Origin: Candidatus Poribacteria bacterium
GTDB taxonomy: Bacteria; Poribacteria; WGA-4E; WGA-3G
Direction of reading: 5' to 3'
Assembly (NCBI GenBank): GCA_965242965.1
Contig: OZ251518.1
Coordinates: 768,001-832,000, forward strand
Length of the DNA: 64,000 nucleotides
The position numbers and the translations under genes were made by a program. This document shows, piece by piece, positions 1 to 9,112 of the stretch; the stretch's first letter is position 1; the number at the start of each line of letters is the position of its first letter. The notes under the pieces are model-generated. The model had not been told where the DNA came from. It saw only the letters and a list, made by a program, of their open reading frames with translations, and ran no database searches.

Positions 1-1
1 C

Positions 2-1735
2 GGCGATAGTGCGTCGCTCATCCTCATGTCCGATGTTGCGCAGCCTGTCTTTCGGCGGCTCACCCCTGATATTGAAAGCGTTATCACCGCTGTTGACGCA
101 GCGGCAGTCTCTTATCGCGCGACAAACGTGCAACCGAGTTTGGAATTCGCGCACGAGATGTTTAACGGTGAAGACGGTGAAGGAGGACAACCAACCGCAA
201 GCAGCGCGTTAAATCGGGAAATCTACCTGATCTCGGATTTCGCTGAGAACGGATGGGAAAACTGGGGACGCGTGCCGAATCTCTCCGGTGCGCGTATTTT
301 CCTGCTGCCTGTCACCGAACAAAATCCACACAACACGAATATTGAAGAAATTGCCGCCTCGAATCAACTAATTGGCATGAATCTATCGTTCCAAATGTCT
401 ACGACAGCGACGAATCATGCGGCGGCACCGTTAGAACAAAGCACGTTGACACTATTTATCGGCGGGCAAAAACGGCGCGCCATAACTTTTTCCGCGGCAG
501 CAGGTGAATCGCTGACGACACCTTTAACGCACCGTTTCTCTACACCCGGCACGCATACCGGCTATTTCACGCTGACACCAGACCGGCTGAACGTGGATAA
601 TCGACGCTATTTTGCTTTTGAGGCACTCGGAGAAGTGCGCGTCTTGTGCATCGGTGAACAAACACAAACGCTCACGTTAGCACTCAATCCCGACAACGGC
701 ACGATGCTGCTGCCAACGGCATGCACGCCTGCTGAATTTGAGACATTGCCGCTTGAGGATTATGACGTTATCATCCTCGCGGATGTCCCGGAGGTAACTG
801 CATCGATGCGCGCGCAACTCCAAACGGGCATCCGACTCGGAAAAAGTATCATCGCGTTTATCGGTGGCGGCTACGCGCAACTCCGCGATATTTTACCGGC
901 GCAACTCGGCACACCGCTCACGTGGACACCGCCGCAACAGATTGCGACATACCAAACGACGCACCCGATCTTTGACATATTTCCTCGCGAGGGGTTTCCG
1001 GAACAATATGCCCCACAATTTCACGACGGTATTGAACTTATCCCGACAACTGGGGCGAACGTCATTGCCCGCTTCGGCGATGGAACTCCGTTTCTGATTG
1101 AAAAAGGACAGGTGTTACTCTATAATTGCAGGCTTCAAACGCAACTCCTCAACCCCTATTTTCTCCCGCTCCTCCAACAAAGTGTGCTTTACGCGCGGGT
1201 GATGACTGGACAGGGACGCGCTTCTCTTCAATCCGATGTTCAGGTAGGTGAACCTTGGATGGCGCGCTATCCGCGCAGTGCCGGCGCAACAGCCACGATA
1301 AAACGGACAGAGGCATCGGAAGTAGACGTGGACAATAGCGAACCTACGCCTGCTGTCGTGCCGATTGCAGAAGACGGCACCCTCCGGTTTGAGGGGACAG
1401 AACACCCTGGCATCTATCAGGTGGAAGTCCGAACGCAAGGACAACTCCAGCGAGACTTCTTCGCCGTTAACGTCAACACCGTCGAATCCGATTTAGCACC
1501 TATTGACATGGCGAGGGCCGCCGCACGAATCGGCGCGCAAACACCGGCAGCCGATGAAACCGCTGAAACAGACGCAGATGCCTACGATATCCAACGACAC
1601 GGCAGAGAAATCTGGGGCGAATTGCTGATACTTGCTGTCAGTCTGCTGTTCATTGAAAGTTTCGTCTCAAACCGCGGCAGCGCGTCTGCGACAGGTAACG
1701 GAGGGAGTTTCATAAATCGTTCAACGTCGCGGTGA
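2..1735 (+). CDS. BatA/vWA-type membrane-anchored protein, 5' truncated by the window edge
   Basis: Frame is open from the window start (GDSASLILMSD...). It has a vWA-like IYLISD motif, an Ig-like segment with DRLNVDNRRY, FAVN..ESDL and a C-terminal EIW...LLFIES transmembrane segment. The last codons and the stop come from the downstream repeat element. Confidence 0.7.
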   Translation, partial: GDSASLILMSDVAQPVFRRLTPDIESVITAVDAAAVSYRATNVQPSLEFAHEMFNGEDGEGGQPTASSALNREIYLISDFAENGWENWGRVPNLSGARIFLLPVTEQNPHNTNIEEIAASNQLIGMNLSFQMSTTATNHAAAPLEQSTLTLFIGGQKRRAITFSAAAGESLTTPLTHRFSTPGTHTGYFTLTPDRLNVDNRRYFAFEALGEVRVLCIGEQTQTLTLALNPDNGTMLLPTACTPAEFETLPLEDYDVIILADVPEVTASMRAQLQTGIRLGKSIIAFIGGGYAQLRDILPAQLGTPLTWTPPQQIATYQTTHPIFDIFPREGFPEQYAPQFHDGIELIPTTGANVIARFGDGTPFLIEKGQVLLYNCRLQTQLLNPYFLPLLQQSVLYARVMTGQGRASLQSDVQVGEPWMARYPRSAGATATIKRTEASEVDVDNSEPTPAVVPIAEDGTLRFEGTEHPGIYQVEVRTQGQLQRDFFAVNVNTVESDLAPIDMARAAARIGAQTPAADETAETDADAYDIQRHGREIWGELLILAVSLLFIESFVSNRGSASATGNGGSFINRSTSR

Positions 1736-1932
1736 CATGCACCCGCGCTACGGTAAAAAAACGCCTTCCCTTCACGTAGGGCGAGGGCCTGTCCCTCGCC
1801 ATCGCTGGCGCGCCAGGCCCTGTAGGTCAGGATCGCCTGATCCTGACCCGTTCGGGAGCGGGCGCTCCCGAACTACAGAGCTGGGCCCAATGCGCCCTCC
1901 CCTCAAGGGGGATAAATTTATGAAACACTTTC
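1701..1932. mobile_element. MITE-like REP mosaic with GAGGG(T/A)GTTTCATAAA ... TTTATGAAACAC inverted ends
   Basis: Inverted termini at 1701 and about 1917-1932 enclose GTAG hairpin modules. Close relative of the 34350-34636 and 37636-37874 copies. Confidence 0.7.
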
Positions 1933-1944
1933 AGGTAACAACTA

Positions 1945-3954
1945 ATGTTTTTCGTATTTCCTAGCGGTATTTCAACTGCGAGTCGCCAAAAGCGGTTGAC
2001 GCATCAAGCCGTCTTGACATTGCCAAGACTTGCAACGCTTTTTTTTCTGAGCGTTGTTTTTACTGTGCAGTTTGCCTTCGGAGAGGAAGTGCCTCTGCAA
2101 ACCGCGCGAAATCAGAATGCCGCGAGTGTTGTCCGCAGTCTTGTCATTTCCGGTAACGAGTCCTTTCCGGAAGCCCAACTCCGCTCCTTGATGCAGACAG
2201 ATGTCTGGGGGACTTATGACGAAGCGGTGCTGAAGCAGGATTTTGATGCCATCGTCCGTTTCTATCACGCCGAAGGGTTTCTCTTCGCCCGCGTGCCAAT
2301 GGAGAAACTCGCTGTCAAACAATTCGGAGACGGCGTTTATATCCGGTTTGAGATAGACGAAGGCATCATCGGCAAAATCACCCTCGATGGGAATACGAAA
2401 ACTAGAGATGCCGTTATCCTCCGAGAACTGCTGTTTGCAGTCGGCGATGTCTACACCGAAGCAGACAAGGAGGAAAGCGAGCAAATTCTGCGCAGAAAAC
2501 GATACATCGGCGACCCGAGTATTGAAGCGCACTGGGATGAATTTTCGCAAACGGTGTCCGTCCACGTTACCGTCAAAGATCTTTGGACGCTCCTCGGTGC
2601 CTTAGAACCGAATTTCAACAGCCAACGTGGATATTTCCTTGCGCGCGTCCGAGAATCGAACCTCTCCGGGACAGGACATGCGACACAAGTGAGTTATGAG
2701 CGCATCAGCGAAGTTGACGAAAAAACGCGGAGTCTTTTTCGTGGGCAATATGAATTGCCGCGCCTTTTCAATTCGCATTGGAATTTTGACGGTGAATATA
2801 CACAGGAACGCATCGGGGATTCGTGGCGGGTGCTACTTGAACGTCCGCAATACAGCCTCAAAAGTCGATGGAGCGCGCGGTTTCAATTATTGGAGGCGAT
2901 TGATACCCTCTCGTGGTTTGAAGGCGCGACGCGGACCGATACTTTTGAACGGCATCACCGCGGGGCATCCGGCCACATCCGCCGCTACTTCGGTGACCGG
3001 CAGAAGCAAACCTACATCGGGCTTTGGGCAACCGCGCGCCGCTCAACTTATGAATTAGTAGAGAAAAACGGCATTTCCGCAGCCGCACTACGGAACCGCG
3101 ACATCAAACGCTTCGGCATCACCGTCGGAAGGCAGCACGTCGCATATCACAAGACTCGGTTCCTCAGACGAATGGGACAGACAGAAAACTTTTTCATCGG
3201 CTCTCAATACGGACTCTCCCTCGGACATGCATCGCCGCTCTACGGTTCAGACAGAGAGGAATCTTACGCAGAGCTGGCTCTTGGCAACGGATGGATGCGC
3301 GGACAACGCCTCTTCGGCACAACGACGGTAGCCGTCAATGCTAACTTCACTAGCCGAATTGAACGTTCGATTATTGAAGCGCGGACCACGCTGTTTTACA
3401 CGGATGTCTTCAACGCGGGGGATATTTATACGCTTGAAGATGGCTTTCGAGAGGATGGGCTTTTTGATTTCCATCAAACCTTCGTCGCGCAATTCAAAAC
3501 GGCGATGCAATTTGGATGGCACGGCGAAAGCCAAGTTATCCTCGGGGCTGCCACTGGGTTGCGCGGCTATGCCTACCGCGAATTTAACGGCGAAAAAATG
3601 ATGCTCCTCCGACTGGAATCTAGGACTGTCTTCGGCGGCACGGTCTTCCGCAAAATTGACGAGGCACTCGCCGCGGTTGCAACGTTCTGCGCGCAGCCCT
3701 TTACTGACAGCCCGGTAAGCCTTGGGCTTGTCTTAAGCGGCACCGCCTTCGCCGATATCGGGTATATCTGGAATGGACAGCAGACGTTCAACATCGGTGA
3801 ACCCAAACGCAGCCTTGGCTTTGGCATCCGGGGCAGTTTCTCACAAGTCGGCGGCACCGGCATTATTCGCGTTGAGTGTGCCTTTCCGCTTGATTCGTCA
3901 ACATCGAATGGATTCAGTCCCACGCTTTTTTACGGCTTGGAACGCGCTTTTTAG
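1945..3954 (+). CDS. BamA/TamA (Omp85) family outer-membrane protein with POTRA domains
   Basis: POTRA-like motifs (ISGNESF, GNTKTRDAVILREL), LRGY, FADIG and a C-terminal Phe. The true start may be TTG near 2020, ahead of a signal peptide. Confidence 0.85.
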   Translation: MFFVFPSGISTASRQKRLTHQAVLTLPRLATLFFLSVVFTVQFAFGEEVPLQTARNQNAASVVRSLVISGNESFPEAQLRSLMQTDVWGTYDEAVLKQDFDAIVRFYHAEGFLFARVPMEKLAVKQFGDGVYIRFEIDEGIIGKITLDGNTKTRDAVILRELLFAVGDVYTEADKEESEQILRRKRYIGDPSIEAHWDEFSQTVSVHVTVKDLWTLLGALEPNFNSQRGYFLARVRESNLSGTGHATQVSYERISEVDEKTRSLFRGQYELPRLFNSHWNFDGEYTQERIGDSWRVLLERPQYSLKSRWSARFQLLEAIDTLSWFEGATRTDTFERHHRGASGHIRRYFGDRQKQTYIGLWATARRSTYELVEKNGISAAALRNRDIKRFGITVGRQHVAYHKTRFLRRMGQTENFFIGSQYGLSLGHASPLYGSDREESYAELALGNGWMRGQRLFGTTTVAVNANFTSRIERSIIEARTTLFYTDVFNAGDIYTLEDGFREDGLFDFHQTFVAQFKTAMQFGWHGESQVILGAATGLRGYAYREFNGEKMMLLRLESRTVFGGTVFRKIDEALAAVATFCAQPFTDSPVSLGLVLSGTAFADIGYIWNGQQTFNIGEPKRSLGFGIRGSFSQVGGTGIIRVECAFPLDSSTSNGFSPTLFYGLERAF

Positions 3955-3974
3955 TCATAAGTTGTCATCGCATC

Positions 3975-4570
3975 CTTCCCGGTCTCGATGCGTCACCCAA
4001 TACCGTAGCGCGAGGGCCTGTCCCTCGCGATCGTTCGATAACCCAATCACCTTCCCCATACCGTAGCGCGAGGGCCTGTCCCTCGCGAGGTTTCGGGAGA
4101 CCGCAGCATGGCGGGGGACAGGCCCCCGCCCTACGATAAAACGGAAAATGCTTGTCCTCGCGCCCAAACCCCGTCCGTATACCGTAGCGCGAGGGCCTGT
4201 CCCTCGCGATCGTTCGGTAGACCGCAGCATGGCGGGGGACAGGCCCCCGCCCTACGATAAAAAAAACGGTTCTTAGGTCCGTAGGACCTTAATGTCTATA
4301 GCACGCGCAAACGCGAAGAATCCTAAGGTCCTTTAGGTCCTTAATGTATTTTGCCAGGGCCGCGCGTGTTTTTATTAAGGACCTAAAGGCCCTTGAAAAC
4401 GTAACAACACGTTTTTCTATAGACATGTAGGTCCTACGGACCTAAAAACGCCATTCTTGCCGATGGCGATCGCGGGGGACAGGCCCCGCCCTACGATGAA
4501 ACGAAAAATCTTCTACCCCGTAGCGCGCGAACTTATCCTTTCCCGTAGGAGAGCCCTCCCGGTCTCGATG
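3975..4570. repeat. REP/BIME-like cluster (CCGTAGCGCGAGGGCCTGTCCCTCGCG hairpins plus AGGTCC-TAGGACCT module)
   Basis: Multiple direct and inverted copies are visible. The AGGTCC/CTATAG module spans about 4272-4447. Confidence 0.9.
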
Positions 4571-4588
4571 CATCACTCTTGATTTTCC

Positions 4589-4617
4589 TTGACATTTCAA
4601 TTTTTAGAGGGTAAAAT
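4589..4617 (+). promoter_or_regulatory. sigma70-type promoter TTGACA-17-TAAAAT
   Basis: Near-consensus boxes ending 7 nt before ATG 4625, with no SD sequence. Confidence 0.7.
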
Positions 4618-4624
4618 AATAAGT

Positions 4625-5107
4625 ATGAAAAGACAACTACGCATTTACATTGAAACATCGATTCCGAGTTTCTACTATACGTTGCGTACCGATACCGCAT
4701 CGCTTGCCATGCAGCATTGGACTCGGAAATGGTGGGCCGAATACAGTCAGGAATTCAGCCTTGTTGCGAGTCCCGTAGTGATTGCGGAACTTAGTGCCGG
4801 CACGGGAAAAATGACGCAGGCTCGGATTGAATTAGTTGAAACGCTTGAAATGTTGTCGATTCATCCGGATATTCGTCACATCGCGCAAACCTATATTGAT
4901 AGGCTAATCATGCCGCAGAATGCATCCGGTGACGCGCTTCACTTGGCAATTGCTTCGTTTCATCAGGTAGATATCCTCTTAACGTGGAATTGCCGACATC
5001 TTGCGAATGCTAACAAGTTTGGTATCATCCGGCGGATAAATCGAGAATTGGCGTTACCAACGCCGGAATTGGTGACACCGCTGAACTTTTTAGGAATGGA
5101 GGACTGA
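4625..5107 (+). CDS. PIN-domain (VapC-like) toxin
   Basis: IYIETSIPS N-terminus; DALHLAIA and LLTWNCRHLAN motifs. Confidence 0.85.
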   Translation: MKRQLRIYIETSIPSFYYTLRTDTASLAMQHWTRKWWAEYSQEFSLVASPVVIAELSAGTGKMTQARIELVETLEMLSIHPDIRHIAQTYIDRLIMPQNASGDALHLAIASFHQVDILLTWNCRHLANANKFGIIRRINRELALPTPELVTPLNFLGMED

Positions 5108-5110
5108 AAA

Positions 5111-5311
5111 ATGGAACGCAGTGAACTTGCCGAAATTCGCAGAATCCGACACGAAATTTCTGCCCAGTTTAACCACGATGTAGGGAAATTAGTTGCGCAT
5201 TACCAAGCATTTGAGCAGGAAATGCGGAAGTCTCAGAAATACAAATTCGCAGAGCCGCCATCGGAAACGCACAAACGCGTTGAAACAGAGAAAACCGAGG
5301 CGGCTGGTTAA
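5111..5311 (+). CDS. Small putative antitoxin downstream of the PIN toxin
   Basis: 66 aa with EIRRIRHEISAQFNHD, a pattern typical of partners of this PIN subfamily. GGAGG SD; starts 3 nt after the toxin stop. Confidence 0.65.
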   Translation: MERSELAEIRRIRHEISAQFNHDVGKLVAHYQAFEQEMRKSQKYKFAEPPSETHKRVETEKTEAAG

Positions 5312-5344
5312 TCGTTTCATAAGCGCACGGACCGCGGAAAAATT

Positions 5345-5480
5345 CGTAGCGCGAGGGCCTGTCCCTCGCGAGCGTTGGATGGCCCAAACCCCTTCCCCAT
5401 ACCGTAGCGCGAGGGCCTGTCCCTCGCGAGGTTTCGGTAGACCGGAGCATGGCGGGGGACAGGCCCCCGCCCTACGATGA
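5345..5480. repeat. GTAG-REP hairpin cluster
   Basis: Two forward copies and one inverted copy of the GGGCCTGTCCC hairpin. Confidence 0.9.
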
Positions 5481-5530
5481 AATGGATTTTTTCCTTGCAA
5501 TACGAATAAAACTATGCTAAACTTACCATC

Positions 5531-8500
5531 ATGCCAACACTCAACATCAAACCCACACATAAAGCGATAACCGCCTATTACGCCGCCCTCGACAGGTATC
5601 GTCAACACGGCATTTCGCACGAAACCGCTGTCCGCGCCGCCTTTCAAGCACTCCTCGAAGTTGGCGCGCGACAATTGAATTGGACGCTCGTTTGTGAATA
5701 TACGCTAAACATCGGTAGGCGAGACCTCCCGGTCTCGATGCAATCGCGGGGGACAGGCCCCCGCGCTACGGTGCGTCCGGGAACGATTCGTCTTGACGGT
5801 GCCCTACTTGATGCCTACAGTCTCCCGCGCGGCACCTGGGAGGCAAAAGGCGTTCACGGAAACCTCCGCGCCGAAATCGAGAAGAAATTTGACGCGGGCT
5901 ATCCCCAGGACAACATCCTTTTCCAAACTCCCGAACGCGCGATTTTGTATCAAAACGGCCGCGAAGTAATGGACGCGGACATCACCGAACCGGCTCCCCT
6001 CGTCGCTGTCCTCAAGGCGTTCTTCGGCTATGAGCGCGCACACGCCGCCGAGTGGGAAGCCGCTGTCACCGCCTTCAGAGCCCTCGTCCCCGAACTGAAA
6101 CGGGAAGCCAAGGCACTCATTCAGACGCGCCACCGCGAGAGTGCGCGCTTCCGCAACGCCTTCGCCGACTTCCATCAACTCTGCCAAAACGCGATTCACC
6201 CCGCGCTCGCCGAATCCGCCGTGGAAGAGATGCTGCTCCAACACCTCTTGACAGAACGAACGTTTCGCACCGTCTTTGACAATCCTGACTTCGCACAGCG
6301 GAACATCATCGCACGCGAAATAGAGAAGGTTATCAACGCGCTCATTGAGAACGCATATAGCCGCGACGCATTCCTCGAAAACCTGAAGCCGTTCTATCGG
6401 GAAATCGAACGCGAAGCGGCAACTCTCGTCGATTTCTCGCAGAAACAGCATTTTCTGAATACCGTCTACGAACAGTTTTTTCAGGGAGATTCCGCCGACG
6501 TTGCCGATACGCACGGTATCGTTTATACACCGCAACCTATCGTCGATTTCATGGTGCAGAGCGTAAATCATCTCCTCAAAACCGAATTCGACAGGTCTCT
6601 TTCCGATGAAGGCGTTCACATCATCGATGCGTTTGTCGGCACCGGCAACTTCATCGTCCGCCTGATGCGCGAGATAGAACCCCTCAAACTCAACGCCAAA
6701 TACCGTTCAGAATTGTGGTGCAACGAAGTGCTGTTATTGCCCTACTACATCGCCAGTCTCAACATCGAACACGAATTTTACGAGGCCACCGGCGAATACC
6801 TCCCCTTTGAAGGCATTTCCCTCGTGGATACCTTCGATCTGGCGGAAGACCGGCAGTTGTCCCTTTTAACGCAGGAGAACACCGCTCGCGTCGAAAAGCA
6901 GAAGGCATCGCCGATGTTCGTCGTCATCGGCAATCCGCCTTACAACGTCGGGCAGGCGAATGAGCATGATCAGAATCAAAACCGAAAGTATGCGGCGTTG
7001 GATAAACTCATCCAAGAGACATACGCGAAGGATTCGTTAGCGACAAACAAAAAATCGCTCTACGATCTCTACGTGAAGGCACTCAAATGGGCATCCGAAC
7101 GCATCGGCGAGGAAGGCATCGTCGCGCTCGTCACGAACAACAGCTTCCTCGATGCAAAGGCATTTGACGGCATGCGCAAACATCTCGCCCAAGATTTCGA
7201 CCGGCTCTATATCGTCGACCTTGGCGGCAACGCGCGAAAAGACACCCTCGTCTCCGATGCCAGCGTCTTCGGCATCCAAGTCGGCGTGAGTATCAATTTC
7301 TTCGTCAAAGGGCCGTCCTCCACCGTAGCGCGGGGGCCTGTCCCCCGCGATCGTTCCGCAGAAGAACCGTCCTCCACCGTAGCGCGGGGGCCTGTCCCCC
7401 GCGATCGTTCCATCGACGATAACGCCCACATCTTCTACTTCCGCACCGACGACACCTGGAACAAAAACCAAAAATTCGACTTCCTCGCGCAAACCGAACA
7501 CATCGGCAACGTCCCCTGGCAAACGCTGCAACCCGACGCGCGACACACATGGCTCACCGAAGGACTCAACACCGAATTTTTGACCTTCATCCCGATGGGC
7601 ACCAAAACCGCCAGACGCGCCAAAGGCGACGTTGAAAATGTCATTTTCCAACTCTACAGCAACGGCGTGAACACCACTCGCGATGCATGGACTTGCAACT
7701 TTAACCGAAACACCCTCGCTGAAAACATGCAAGTGATGTATGATTTCTACAATTCGCAGTTGCGCGAATGGAACGGCACCGAAGACAAATCCGGGCTCAC
7801 GGTTGATGATTTTGTCACCTATGCCGATACGAAAATCAAATGGACAATGGATTTGAGGGCAAAGTTGAGGCGCGGGCGCGTCGCTGAATACGATGACAGC
7901 AAAATTCGGCACTCGCTTTACCGTCCCTTCACCAAAACGCATCTCTACTTTGACAGGCACTTCAATGACAGGGTGTATCGGTTCCCCTTTATTTTTCCGA
8001 CGCGAGAGACAGAAGCGGAAAATCGGGTGATTTGCGTGAGTCAATCCAATAGGCAAGATTTCGCGGTGCTAGCATCCAAATTCATCCCGAACAGTGCACT
8101 TTACATAGAGCCGCTGCAGGCTTTTCCCTTCTATGCCTACGATGAAGACGGCACGAACCGCCGAGAAAACATCACCGATTGGGCATTGCGAAACTTCCGC
8201 GCGCATTACGGCGACGATACCATCACCAAATGGGAGATTTTCCATTATACTTATGGGCTTCTGCATCATCCTGATTATCGCGAACGTTACGCCGCCGATC
8301 TCAAGCGCGACTTGCCGCACATCCCCTTCGTCAAGGATTTCTGGGCATTTGCGGATGCTGGCGCGCAACTTGCAGAACTCCACGTCAATTATGAATCGCA
8401 GCCGCAATATGAATTGACATCTATCACGAAGGAACGCGCGCTCGATTTGCGTGTGGAACGGATGAAGTTGTCGAAAGACAAGACATCGCTCATCTACAAC

Positions 8501-8743
8501 GATTCCCTCACTTTGGACGGCATTCCGCCAGAGGTTTTTGAGTATCGGTTGGGTAAACGTTCGGCATTAGAGTGGGTGCTGGATCAGTATCGGGTCAAGA
8601 CAGACGATCGAAGTCAAATCACCAACTCCCCGAACGATGCTGAGTCCCCGCAGGGAATTGTAGATCTCATCGGTTCGGTAATTACGGTAAGTTTGAAGAC
8701 GGTGGAGATTGTGTCGGGGTTGCCGCCCTTCCCGTTCCCGTAG
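5531..8743 (+). CDS. Single-polypeptide restriction-modification enzyme (N6-adenine MTase plus Type ISP-like specificity domain, no helicase)
   Basis: N-terminal D...EAK nuclease-like motif, YTPQPIVDF, motif I DAFVGTGNF, motif IV GNPPY, and C-terminal YRPF and SALEWVLDQY. Contains in-frame REP insertions. Confidence 0.85.
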   Translation: MPTLNIKPTHKAITAYYAALDRYRQHGISHETAVRAAFQALLEVGARQLNWTLVCEYTLNIGRRDLPVSMQSRGTGPRATVRPGTIRLDGALLDAYSLPRGTWEAKGVHGNLRAEIEKKFDAGYPQDNILFQTPERAILYQNGREVMDADITEPAPLVAVLKAFFGYERAHAAEWEAAVTAFRALVPELKREAKALIQTRHRESARFRNAFADFHQLCQNAIHPALAESAVEEMLLQHLLTERTFRTVFDNPDFAQRNIIAREIEKVINALIENAYSRDAFLENLKPFYREIEREAATLVDFSQKQHFLNTVYEQFFQGDSADVADTHGIVYTPQPIVDFMVQSVNHLLKTEFDRSLSDEGVHIIDAFVGTGNFIVRLMREIEPLKLNAKYRSELWCNEVLLLPYYIASLNIEHEFYEATGEYLPFEGISLVDTFDLAEDRQLSLLTQENTARVEKQKASPMFVVIGNPPYNVGQANEHDQNQNRKYAALDKLIQETYAKDSLATNKKSLYDLYVKALKWASERIGEEGIVALVTNNSFLDAKAFDGMRKHLAQDFDRLYIVDLGGNARKDTLVSDASVFGIQVGVSINFFVKGPSSTVARGPVPRDRSAEEPSSTVARGPVPRDRSIDDNAHIFYFRTDDTWNKNQKFDFLAQTEHIGNVPWQTLQPDARHTWLTEGLNTEFLTFIPMGTKTARRAKGDVENVIFQLYSNGVNTTRDAWTCNFNRNTLAENMQVMYDFYNSQLREWNGTEDKSGLTVDDFVTYADTKIKWTMDLRAKLRRGRVAEYDDSKIRHSLYRPFTKTHLYFDRHFNDRVYRFPFIFPTRETEAENRVICVSQSNRQDFAVLASKFIPNSALYIEPLQAFPFYAYDEDGTNRRENITDWALRNFRAHYGDDTITKWEIFHYTYGLLHHPDYRERYAADLKRDLPHIPFVKDFWAFADAGAQLAELHVNYESQPQYELTSITKERALDLRVERMKLSKDKTSLIYNDSLTLDGIPPEVFEYRLGKRSALEWVLDQYRVKTDDRSQITNSPNDAESPQGIVDLIGSVITVSLKTVEIVSGLPPFPFP

Positions 8744-9062
8744 GAGAGACCTCCCGGTCTCGATTTCTGCCGCCCGCGTCTCGATGCGTCATCCTCTACC
8801 GTAGCGCGAGGGCCTGTCCCTCGCGAGGTTTCGGTAGACCGCAGCATGGCGGGGGACAGGCCCCCGCCCTACGGTGGCACGGAGACATCTTCTATACCGT
8901 AGCGCGAGGGCCTGTCCCTCGCGATCGTTCGAGGGCCAGATCGCCGTCCCCATACCGTAGCGCGAGGGCCTGTCCCTCGCGAGGTTTCGGTAGACCGGAG
9001 CATGGCGGGGGACAGGCCCCCGCCCTACGATGAAATGGAAACATCCTGTCCCTCGCGATCAT
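8738..9062. repeat. GTAG-REP cluster
   Basis: GTAGGAGAGACCTCCCGGTCTCGA followed by several GGGCCTGTCCC hairpins. Its GTAG supplies the TAG stop of the RM gene. Confidence 0.9.
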
Positions 9063-9112
9063 TCGATGGCCCCGGGCATAACCGAAAAAAAACATACTAA
9101 ACCCAAATTCCC

